Assembly (NCBI GenBank): GCA_028023455.1
Contig: JAQFVV010000005.1
Coordinates: 13,640,001-13,704,000, forward strand
Source: Epiperipatus broadwayi
Lineage: Eukaryota; Animalia; Onychophora
DNA length: 64,000 bases
Direction of reading: 5' to 3'
This document shows positions 26,800 to 38,551 of the stretch, in pieces (position 1 is the first letter of the stretch; every line of letters begins with the position of its first letter). The translations under genes were made by a program, and so were the position numbers. Under the pieces are notes generated by a model, which saw only the letters and a program-made list of their open reading frames with translations, did no database searches and had not been told where the DNA came from.

Positions 26800-29700
26800 A
26801 AAAAGAAGCATCAAAACCTACCCAAAATGAAAAGTGGGTTTTTATTTATTTAATAATCATGAACGGGTGAAAAAGCCCAAGATCTGCCATTGGCAAGCTC
26901 AAACCGATAGCGATGAAAGTAAATGTAAAAATTTTTCAAATGCACAATCCAATGCAAAAGGACAGCGATCCTCTGATAAAAATCCTAACAAAACACCTGA
27001 TTATAGCACAATTATTAAACCAAATAAAAATACCAGCACAGGTACTAAAAATCAGATTTAAAAAAAGTTAAATCTAACTTTAATTCAAACGTAAAGAGCG
27101 AAGAAAGTTTTACAAATCTGCACGAGGTTGAAAAATTCACTTTTAATGTAGATGTTTTTGATCAAACCAATAACAGATTTAGATTCAGCAGAAAAAATAC
27201 TAATTATCAATGTAAAAAAGGCTCTCCAGAAGTGTCAGAAAGTGAAGAAATTAAAGCACAAAGTTCTAGCAATAGTTTGCCCAAAAAACCTAAAGATGGC
27301 ACCAAAACACATTTTAATGTTATACATGAAAATATTCACTACGGACCTTCTGCAAAGACACAGTTAATAATGAATTAAAAACCAATGAACCACATCAAAT
27401 AAGCCCTATTCTGACTACTTGTAACAGTGCAAGTCAAAATCTCAACAGTATCAGGAATTTTGAGACCGATTTTTCTGAGAAATAAAAAATAAATAAATCT
27501 ACCGTAAATAAGCAATTCAATCATATCATATCGCTTGATAACAATGTAAATAAAAGCAGTAGTTTTAAAGCACCAGAATCCATTTATACACAAGATTCTA
27601 TCAACAAAAATGATAATAAAACTCACAATACATCAATACCTAAAAAATTCTATGCTGAAACCCTACAAAACACCAAAACAACTGTCACTCAAGCTGAAAT
27701 GAACCCAAGCAAACTGATTCAACACTACTTAATATTATTGATTTTGATGATATAGAAGCATCACAAAACACAAATAGCCTTCCAAATTAAAACACTATTC
27801 AATACAATGAGAAAGACTACCAAAATACCCAAATCAAATTTAATAATTCTGTCCCTGAAAACCTAATTAAATCATTTTGCCAACTTTTCTAATGACAAAG
27901 CTCTCATTCCAACAACCACAGACCTGAGTGGAAATTTCTATAAATTCCCACTGGACAAATTCTACAATATGATAGCTGAAAAGAATATAGAAATGTGCAT
28001 TAATAGAATCTTAACACACCCAAATGACAGGTATATTATAACAGAATTTAAGACATGGGGAAACAAATGTATTCAAATGCACATAATCAGAACACTAGAC
28101 AACAAATTTATAATCACCATTGACAACAACAGACCCAGCACATTCAGGGCATGATAAAAAATTGCATCCTTAATTTTGATCATACGGAGCTTCAAACCAT
28201 TTTGAAGAATTATGGCAAAATAGCAAATTTCAATAATGGTATGACCATCAAACACACATACTCACAAACACAGCCTCTTTCAGGATAACACTAAAGCATG
28301 GAGTAAGTGTGATGGACATCCCCACAGTGATTTATGCACATCGATCTCCAATAGTTATCCCACTTCAGGAAATGCCCCCTCAGTCTTTCTTCTGCTTAGA
28401 GCACACACACTTAATAAAGGATTGCTTAGCAAGGGTCTGTAAAATCTGCAGTGCAAAGAACAAAAAAGACAGACTCATGAAAAAGAACATTCAACAGGAA
28501 AACACACCTAACAAGAGTACCACAGCCAATCAATCTAATTCAACTTGATCCAATATACACAGAGAACTTGCACTGCATTAAAGCACATAACTCAGAACCA
28601 ACCCTAATTCCAAACAGACAAATCACCTCAACCCAGTTCTAATCTCATTCACTCTAAAAGCCCAACCAATCCCCAAACCCTTCAAAACATCAAAGCACAG
28701 GGCAAGTCAAATCATGACATCAAATCTACTCAAAATCAGCACTTCCCAGACATCAAAGCTCCTGTTTTAATCACTCTAAAAAACAAAGATAGGCATCGAC
28801 AATGAAACAACCCACCAGCTACAAAACCAACAAATGCAAACTGCTGATGAAAAGATAGCCAACTCATCCACTTATGACCACTGTGAATCAAACGAAGATT
28901 CCGACATTGAGTCAGATGATATGATCAAAAATCTACAAACCAGTTCATATGCAGACACCATTCAAACAGGATATCAAACCATGCTAGATAAAAGACAGAA
29001 GAGAAAAGATAAAACACATTCTCCAGTGGACTCTATTCAGACAAAGTTCCACACAACAATGGAGAAAATCCTAAAGTGACTCAATCCAGACTCAAATACA
29101 TCAAAACAGCAGCAACAAGAGAAGAAAAGGTGGAGCAAAATTTCCAATTTCTTCAACACAAGCAGATGAACAAGTCAGCCCTGATTTAGCCTGCATCCCT
29201 ACAGATGATGATTCAGACAATACAAACATCCTACCCAAACATAATGAGGTTATGCTACTGGAAACCACCAAGCTTAGTGGGACAGATGAATCCCAACCAG
29301 ACTGGCCCCTCCTGTGTTGGCATAATATTGTATTTATAGATAGTGTTGAGATGTTGTCACAACTCATAGTTATTCCATATAAACCAGAACTTTTTAGATC
29401 TTAATAATGAATATTAAAATTGTAGGAATCAAATTGAGAGGATTGAATTCATTCCAGTGGTTGCATGCCATCACATTATGGCTGAAAACACATTTACCAC
29501 ACATTTTCCTTATGGCAGAGACAAAATATCATATAAACTCTGACGGTCAAATCACCCAGCATCTTGGAACTCATGGCTTCATCAAATTTTTGATTTCCAA
29601 CACCACTTCTAGGCATAATCATCAACAAAAACAACCCATCCAGTGATTTTAAAATAATTTACATCGATAGTTACATAATTATAACCAATGTAAACTATAA

Positions 29701-30561
29701 TGGTTTCACTATCAACATTGTCTTCATCTACACACAAAACACTTCCATTAACGTCCACAGTATTATTCACATAATAATCATGACACTACACAACAACACT
29801 GCACCAGTGTTATTCATGGGTCACTTTAACACAAGCTATGCCCATTTCAAAATCAAATACCTCCACCTTCTTAATCGAACTCACGTGTGGCAAGGGATTC
29901 CTTCCTTCTTAATCCTTTTCCTTCTACACTCAAAATTCCAAAAGCCTTATCAACCTCTTCTACTACTCTCCTGAAATCCACTTTCAAATAGAAGCACAGC
30001 TCCATCCTATCATGTTCTCTGATCACATTGCCCAGAACATTAAACTACAACAAGACAATATACTACACACTGGCGAGTCACACGTGCTACAGCCACTGAA
30101 GCGATCATATCAGTCATACATTTATTTCCAAAAAATAAACCTATTAACAAACCCCATTGAAGTGGCATGGTTTTCATTTATTAAGATGTTACAGTCACTC
30201 ATCAGCAATTATACCTGGAAGCAAAAAGGCCCTATTAGATTACTTAATGAATTACAGAACATTAGCAATAAGTTAAAAATAATACCTAGCAACACTGATA
30301 TTAAAGACATCATGTCATTAAAATTACAAAATAAAACCCAGAGAAGAAACTCACAGAGCATATATCTATCAAACGAGCGAGGCTATATTTAAAGACCCAG
30401 CACAGCTGGACCTGTGGAAATATGCAATGAGCCCTTGGTGCTTACAAAATCAAAAATACACCCACAGTAATTACATTAAAAAAGGAATCATATATTGGTC
30501 ACTGAAAGTTGGAAGGCATCAAGCTGCACTTTCAAGAACTCCTAACAAATAAACCTGAAGT
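26800..30561 (+). mobile_element. Tx1/L1-clade LINE 'A', 5' part (ORF1 plus APE endonuclease), degenerate
   Basis: Zinc-knuckle remnant FFCLEHTHLIKDCLARVCKIC (~28390). APE motifs MNIKIVGIKLRGLN, FLMAETK, VLFMGHFN and FSDH (29407-30030). Colinear with LINE B. The 5' boundary is approximate. Confidence 0.85.
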
Positions 30562-30672
30562 CAATAGTTTTATCAGTAAGTACTATCGCTATTGTTCCAT
30601 AAACCTTTTATTAAAAAAAAGCTAATTTTCAGTGAGGAAAATTAAGTTTTACGATGACATGTGAGCACGGAA

Positions 30673-33423
30673 ATGGCTGCCTTCAACAAGGCTATAGCCA
30701 AAGCAGATGGTTTAGAAGATTCACTTGGTTACAAGACAAAACCAACCATTGAGAGCAAAAGCGAAAAAGCTAATATAAGCAAGAATAGACTTCCTGACAA
30801 TCCCAGTTATTCACCGAAAATGAATTTAGAAAACCCTAGTAACTCAGATTTTAATCATCACGACGTGAAAGTAATGCAAATAGCAAATTCACAGAAGCTG
30901 ACTTTGAAAAAAAAAAGTAGTAATAAAATAGACCCCGGGACTTTAAATGATAATAATTCAATAAACAATTCAAAAAGGAACATTACTGTGAAAAAACCCA
31001 GTATAAAAACCCTAGAACAAAACAGTTACAAGGCAAAAACTAGCGCACTTCCGTTATTACGACAATTTGGTGTCGAAACGGAAGCTGCGGTTTGCGGGAA
31101 AACACGGTGGACAAGAAAAACCCCAGAAATCAGTGAGACTATTCCAACTTTTAAATCAAACAATATGCAATTTAGTGAGACCTACAAAATGACCCAAGAA
31201 CCAATTTTTTGGATGAATATAAAGGAAGATATGGGACAAAAACCGCCAGAACAGCAGCGCCATCGACAAATATTTTTTTCAGAAAATCAGCGCTAGATCG
31301 TAACAAACTAAAAATTGAACCCAAAATCAAAGAAACAAGGCCAAATAAAAGTGCTAAACCCTTTTTACGCTCACAGAATCCACTGAGGAATTCTAAGATC
31401 ACAACAATGAGTTTTTCCACAGGTGAAAATGCTTCAAACTCAAATAAGGATCACAATTACCTTAATGCAAATTTATCAACTCACTGTAATATACCAGATA
31501 CAACTATTATCCCAAAAGTCGATCCAAAACAAACAAAGAAACTGTTCGAAATGCCTAAAAAAACCAAAAATAAGGTTAAGCTATACTCAAACTCTAACAA
31601 TCCTATCCCTCCCAATCATATAGAAGAGAATAAAACCAAAGTAAACTCTCCACAATGCTCACTGTCAGTGAACAAAGTTGAAGACCCAGAAATGCAGTCT
31701 CAAGAAAGTATCTATGACTACCATAACCTTCAGATCAGTACAAATAAAAATACCACCAACCCCAAATCTGTCCTCAGCCCCAAAGCAAACTCGTATAGTT
31801 TTCATTTCTCCAACTCTAGTGATAACACTGAAAACATGAGGCCAGTATCAAACAAGGCACCAAAGAAGACAGAAAGATGAACCGAATCAATAATCACAGT
31901 AGCAATTACAATTTTGATTTTCCGGCTTTAGGAAACAATTCAAAGGTAGTAAGTAAGAATGTTACATATAACAATGACAATAACACTCGGAATAGAAGCA
32001 GCATATCTTTATCATATGCTCGAATGACAGCAGCAAGCACAGAACATACAAATCCTACAAACTACAACTCTCAACATTATGATAATAACAAACCTGAGCC
32101 AAGCACACTTGCTAAGTCACTATTAATCGTGGATAATGATCATGTATATGAAGACTAAAGCACAGATCAAGAAGAAGCAGGAGTGACTCCAATTATAGAA
32201 GATACTCCAACATCCCATATGGTCATCAATGACCACTTTAATCAGTCAATACCTGCCTTGTTGATGAGGTCCTTTCAACCCTACAGAAATAATAATACCC
32301 TATTTTCTTCCACGACAGACCATAACATATCCTTTTATAAATTTCCCACCCAATCATTGTTTGATCTCTTTAAGACAAAAGGGATATGGTCCTCCATATA
32401 TAAAGTTTTATTTCACCCGAATGATTGCTATGTGACCATACAATTCACCAACCCCTTTGCCAAGGAAGCCTTCAGAAACACGTATAAAACATTAGCAGGC
32501 AGATATTTGGTGACTGTGGACTTGGATAGATCGATGTGTATGAGTGGAATGGTCAAGAATTGTGGTGTTGAATTTCAACAATCAGAACTTCAACAAATCC
32601 TCGCACCAAATGTTGGAGCTGAGGTTTTCACAAACATTGCAGAATTCAGAATTTTATTTGCCAAAGGAGTGTCCCCATTGGCTGTGCCTGGGTTGGTGGA
32701 GTATTACAAGGCCTCACTACTGATTATTCTCAGAGGGGTTTCCCCACAGTGTTTCTACTGTTACCAGAGGGGACACCTAATGAGAGACTGCCTGGATCGA
32801 AAATGCATACATTGTGGATCTATACACAAGAAATTCCACAGATGTAACCGAATATGATGAGTAATAATATATGCAACTCAGAGGTCTTTCAATTAAGAAA
32901 GCCAAAGCAACAGAATCATCATAGTAGGTCCGGAATGCAAGAAACAGAACAGATAGTCACCCAAGACAATGACATATTCATGTCTGAACATTCTGAGAAT
33001 GCACAGCCTGAGAATAATTCCAAGCAAGAGTCAGAAGATAAACTTCTAACACCACCCACAACCCGACCCAATCACAGGAAGGCAAAAAGATCCAAGAGGC
33101 CTAAACCTTTATCTTCCTTTTCTACAGACTGTGATGAATCAGAATTTGTGGGGGATCTTGTAGAATTACATGAAACACCAAACCAGGAATGCCCACCTAA
33201 CGGAAAGAAGACACGAACTAGTTCACCAACACAGGTAGACTATCTGAATGGCCCGATACCCCTCAGCCTGAAAGATTCCCCTTTGCAAATCACCCCATTG
33301 GAAAATGGCCACCCAGAACTAATATCTCTAGTTGAGGAGATTGAAACATCTACTCTCACAGCATCAGAGGGAGGCTCTATTCCTGAGGTCACAGTAGGAG
33401 AGCTTGACCCACCTGGAGACTAG
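30673..33423 (+). pseudogene. LINE B ORF1 (gag-like): long N/K/S-rich N-terminus, RRM-like core, two CCHC-type knuckles; disrupted
   Basis: Consecutive ORF pieces 30661-31296, 31209-31880, 31877-32158, 32183-32857 and 32854-33423. Motifs CFYCYQRGHLMRDC and CIHCGSIHKKFHRC. Confidence 0.85.
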
Positions 33424-33460
33424 TTTAACTCATCATCGGGTGGGTATTAGGTCATCAATA

Positions 33461-36400
33461 ATGTATATTGCATCACTGAACATAAGGGGCTTGAACACTA
33501 CTAACAGGGCATATGCCCTGATATATTGGTTCAAACAGCACAACCCAGACATACTATGCTTATGCGAAACTAAATTATACCTTCGATCTGATAACAAAAT
33601 CATTGATCTACTACAGACTATGGGTTACCTACACTACTCCTTTTCTAATACTCCATCAGGTGGAGTAGCTATAATCATAAATAAAAAATCATCCATCTCC
33701 TCCTTCAAAATTTTGATGATCAATTTAAATTGTCTAATTGCAATAGTACAAGATAAAGGCCACTCATTTAACATAGTAAATTTGTACCTTCCAAAGGACC
33801 CTGAAACTGTATTTAGTGTTATAAACTCAATCAATAGCACCTTGAGAACCAGCCCTTTCCCAACCTTAATAATTGGTGATTATAATCACAAATATGACCA
33901 ATTCCAGGCCAAATATGCAGGCTGCCTTAGCCAGCCTCTTATGAGTGGTAAACGGTTTTTCCGTGAAGGTGATTATTCCTTTTATATTAAGTCAGCCCAT
34001 TCAATGATTGACCTGATATATGTATCCCCAACGTTGATCCTGGGAATGGAGGCAAAGTTATGCCCTGTTGCCTTCTCAGATCATCATGCTGTGCTTGTCA
34101 AAATATTGGCACTCAATGATGATCAACCTACAAACTCCCTAGAAAGAATGACCCGCATGCTAACTAAATCGAACATAACCACTAAATTAGTATCTGAGTC
34201 ATACATTGCCTTCAATAGAATTAAGTTGTTGTCCCTGCCTGCAATAAGAGGCTGGAGGCTCTTCACTAAATCCCTTGTTGACAGCATTAATATATCCACT
34301 CAGAAGTCCAGGGGTCCTGTATGCTTAATTAGTGAACTGGACCATATTGCATATAAATTACAACATATGCCATATGAGGCTCATAATGTTCCCCAAATAA
34401 TTGAACTGAAAATTAAATAGTCTTATACAGAGGGAGGTTGCCGAATACCTCTCTATTAAAAGAGCTCGGCAATTCATTGAACACCAACATTGCTGGACCC
34501 GGGGTTATCTCAAGTGGGCCCTTGGAACCAACAGCAAATCCAGGGCACCGGGTTCAATTGAGATAGATGGCAACAAATATGTTGGTACATCCATGCTGCT
34601 CAGGATCAGACAGCATTACATTAAAAAATTTAATCCCAATGGTGTTAACAGAATTAGGAGAACATTCTCCATGGCAAATACACCACACAAAATAACTGAG
34701 GCCAGAATCCTGGCAACGCTTAGAGCCTTTCCTGATGGCACACATCCTGGGCTGCATGGAATCCCAAAATTCCTTCTGCTGCACCTGAGCTCATTCACAA
34801 TACTGATTGTTAAGAAGATGGTGGATATACTGGCTGATGGCAGTCGGGAAATTTAGTGGGATTTACCCCGTCACAATGGTCCCCCTCCTCAAAAAACCCC
34901 AGGGGCCATGTGAGCTAGGGAATCTGCGACTTATTTCCATGATTCAGCTACTGATAAAAACAATCGAAAACCTCATCAAAGAAGACATACAGAAGATCAT
35001 TATTGATAAACTGTCAGCCTTCCAATTTGCAAAGAAAGGGAGCTCGACTGCAGAAGCCATCAGTCGGTTTTGCCTCATAGCGGATCATATACGCAGGAAT
35101 AAAATGGTCTGGCCAGTTGTGGTCCAACTTGACTTTGCCGGTGCTTGTGACTGTGTGCAGATCAATGTGTTACTCAGTATACTGGAGAAACTCCAAGTGC
35201 CCCAGGCATATCTCCAAATGATCGAGAATCTTCTACAGAATAGAGAAATCTTCTCTCACTGGATGGCCGAGTGGCTCCAGGATTTCAGCCCTCTGTTTCA
35301 ATACCACAGGGCTCGCCACAGAGTGCACTCCTCTTCATGGCTTACCTCAACCCATTGCTGTTATGCACTGAGGCATCCATTGAGGGAATTGCCATCCCTT
35401 TGCTGAGAAAGAGGGTCTGCTATGTATCCTACATGGATAATGTGACTGTGTTTCTCTCATCACAGGATGAGGTTGGTAGGCTGGAGGAGCTCTTGGATCA
35501 ATTTGGTTCCGAATCAGGTCTAAGAGTAAATGAAGCGAAATCAGCCATGTGGTCGATCAGAACTGGAAAACAGATCCAGGGGAGATTCCGAGCATCCCCC
35601 CCAGAAGTTTCTCGGCTTTAGCCTGGCCTCCCCTCCTAGAGTCATGAGAAAGGAGCTGGAGGAAAATATTCTCACAAAGGTTAAGAACACAGTGACATCC
35701 CTAACCAAGGTCCCACTCTCCTTGTTGGGGAAGGTCGCACTATTAAATGCAGCTGTGCTACCCAAAATCACTTATTTTCTGGCCGGTTTTTCCCCTACTA
35801 AGACCTTTATAAAAAAGGTGGAGACTCAATGTAGGAGGCTTTGCTGGGGCATGAGAACAGCAGTAATTGGCCTCAACTCCCTTCAAAAGCCTAAATCATA
35901 AAATGGACTTGGACTCCATTCAATCAACACCTTCTTAATCCAGAAAGCCCACAATATTTTAACCAAACTATTTCAGGAGAATCCAAAAATGGAAAGCCCC
36001 CTACCAATAAATGAGGTTGAACCCACTGACCGCCCCCCCCCCAAGAAAGGGTAACATTTGGTTACAGCAACAGGTCACACTCATGACTAAAAATGTAACA
36101 ATGTCCAATTCCCTTTTCAATGGCAAGCTTTCCTATTGGGACACCCATGCTCTAATCAATGGTAGCAGTCCCATCACTAAGACCAGACTTCAGCTAGAGA
36201 TCAAGCGGCTTGCAGGGTTAACAAAGTTCTGGAAGCTGGAGGCAAAATTAGTAGACTTTATAATTAAAGTTAACCTTGAGGCCCTACCAATGGCTGCATT
36301 CCTCCACCACAAGTGGAGGTATAAAATGGATCCGATATGCCCTCTGTGCAAGAAAACCTATGAAACAATTTCCCACCTTCTTCAGGAATGTGAGACCTGG

Positions 36401-36697
36401 AATAAGCTACGCTACCTGACATTGCAAAAGACCACAGATAAAGACTGGGCCTGGGTGGATATGGTGAAAGCTCTTAAAAAGGGCTCCTGTGGCAGTATTA
36501 GATTGGCAACTTATGTTAACTTTGTCATCTGGTTGGCACGAAATAAGGTAACTTTTGAAAAGGGTATTGATTACAATATTGAGGTATTATACTTCAAACT
36601 GTTAAATGATGCCAAGGACCATGACAAGAGGACATGCCAGCCATGGCTAACCAATCAAACTTGGAACCAGATCAAACTAGGGTCATGTCTTGCCTAG
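33461..36697 (+). pseudogene. LINE B ORF2: APE endonuclease, reverse transcriptase and C-terminal CCHC; disrupted
   Basis: APE: ASLNIRGLN, LCLCETK, GGVAII, IIGDYN, IDLIYVS, SDHHAV. RT: LRLISMI, QLDFAGACDCV, IPQGSPQSALLF, YMDN (35430, catalytic D mutated). C-terminus: CPLCKKTYETISHLLQEC. Stops at 34418 and 35899 plus frameshifts. Confidence 0.95.
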
Positions 36698-36924
36698 TAT
36701 AGTGCTTACCTTACATAATAAATAAATCTATATATTAGTAATTAGAAATTATAACAGCCCAAAGAGCACTAACATATCACGATGATAAATCCTATGAAAT
36801 GAAGGTAGTTGCCTGAACAAATTAATAAAAGATTAGGAATAAATAGAAGGGATAATGACTGCTCTACAAGTGGTATGCCATGCAAACCAAGAAATAAGCA
36901 TCTATACCTATAAAGCCATTTATA

Positions 36925-37051
36925 ACAGAACTGGGAGAGCTTTAATGGTGAAATAGACTTGTACAATTGGACAATCCAAACACCTTCTCATTTACAACAG
37001 TACTGGGAATGCTCAAATCGTGAAATAGACTTGTACATTTAGACAATCCAA
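36925..37051 (+). repeat. Imperfect 72-bp-period direct repeat, with further degenerate copies at ~36870 and ~37195
   Basis: acagaactgggagagctttaatggtgaaatagacttgtacaattggacaatccaa versus acagtactgggaatgctcaaatcgtgaaatagacttgtacatttagacaatccaa. Confidence 0.75.
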
Positions 37052-37524
37052 GGACAATATTCTCACTGCAACTGAAGCGGTTGCCTTGTTTCTTTTGAGC
37101 TATGGCCCCAAATAATAATGAGACACGAATAGAAGTGTTCTGAAAGTGTAATATTGCTGTTAATATAACAACATTTTTGTCTCCAAATAACTAATGGAGA
37201 AATGGACATGTACAATTCGACAGTTTTGTGAACAATAATTTCAGCATAAGAAGTTGGGTTTATGTGTGAAAGTATGGAAGGGCAGGTGAATTTTGTGTCA
37301 CTGCACTTCTGGAACTATTAATATCCCACTCACCTATCCATACATTTATACTTGAATGTTCAAAATCATATGCATTGAATCAAGTGTATGGGTGCGGATG
37401 CGCTTGACACGCACCGACACTCCCTAAATTTCTTTGTAATGATTCTTGTTGATTGCATTGTAAAACTTATGCCTCTTGAATTGTCTTGAGGTACAAATAA
37501 AGGCATTTGAAAGTAAAGTAAAAG

Positions 37525-37701
37525 AACCTGAAGTTCCATTCACCAATATGGAGAGATAGCAAGAGCCCAGATTTACACAACATAAACAAAAGCAGACTTC
37601 AAAACAAGATAGCAGCACTCCCAGACTGTATTCATCCAGGACTTCACGGTATTCCTCGCTTCATACTGGCTCATCTCAGCCAGTTTACTATACTTATTAT
37701 A
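37525..37701 (+). pseudogene. LINE A ORF2, middle fragment
   Basis: LHNINKSRLQNKIAALPDCIHPGLHGIPRFILAHLSQFTILII aligns to LINE B PHKITEARILATLRAFPDGTHPGLHGIPKFLLLHLSSFTILIV. Confidence 0.9.
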
Positions 37702-38389
37702 ATATTAAATCATGCTATCACAGTTCCAACATAAAGCTGTAACAACAAATAGAAAACTAAATTAAATGGCTGAGCGCTTTCAAGATGTACTTCTCATATT
37801 CATAGTCAGTTGTGATTCTTTCTTTGAAATCATTATATAAATATATACAATATGCAAATGAGTCACTAAGACCATCTTTTAGATATAGCAAAACATGCAT
37901 CCTTACGATTAATGGTGATGGAGTCCTCTGCTGTAAAGTAAGTTTCTTTTACTTTCACTTAATATCATGCCTCTCAGTACAAACTAATTTTGCAGATGTG
38001 GGTTCGAACACATGTCCTGACAATTTTTGATGTTATGCAAAAATTGAATTGCATTCTGGATTTGTATGAGCCTTATTGTATCTATACTTGCGTTGTGATA
38101 TCCTAGTAGCTATGGTGGCTCTTGTTTCACCATAGTATGATAATTTGCATGCCACTCTGTATGCAGCCTGTGAGGTCTGATCAGAAGCTATAATGTCTTT
38201 AGTGTTGTTAATAAGCCTATTAGTTGAGATGGCTGTATGAAAACTCAAACGAAATTCCTTAGAGAAAGTCTTATAAAATGTTTTATGCAAAGAGTGCACA
38301 TTTTGCTATATCTAAAAGATGGTCTTAGTGACTCATTTGCATAGAATTTGCATATGGTATTTATTTGATTTCAAAGAAAGAATCATAAC

Positions 38390-38431
38390 TGGCTATGAAT
38401 ATGAGAAGTACATCTTGAAAGCACTCAGCCA
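38390..38431 (+). ncRNA. Hammerhead ribozyme-like motif, A3-U8 core variant (other copies 37767-37809 on minus strand; 40905-40949 degenerate)
   Basis: tggct|ATGAATA|t|gaga-agtaca-tctt|GAAA|gc(a/g)ct|c|agcca: 5-bp stem I. The inverted copy retains the palindromic AGCGCT stem III. Confidence 0.6.
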
Positions 38432-38551
38432 TTTAATTTAGTTTTCTATTTGTTGTTACAGCTTTATGTTGAAAGTGTGATAGCATGATTTAATATCATA
38501 TTGAAGACAACGTAAAGTATAAATCTACAGGTTATTACCTAATATTTTAAC

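Larger units (their letters stand above)
30562..37524 (+). mobile_element. Full-length Tx1/L1-clade LINE 'B' plus ~830-bp 3' extension, inserted into LINE A
   Basis: Flanked by the direct repeat AACCTGAAGT (30552-30561 and 37525-37534), at which the LINE A reading frame breaks and resumes. Contains ORF1 and ORF2. AATAAA at 37496-37501 is followed by an A-rich end. Confidence 0.85.

Noticed and set aside
36698-36760. U2 snRNA, tRNA or 5S target sequence at the Tx1-type LINE ends
   Set aside because: None is visible; the insertion site is another LINE's ORF2.
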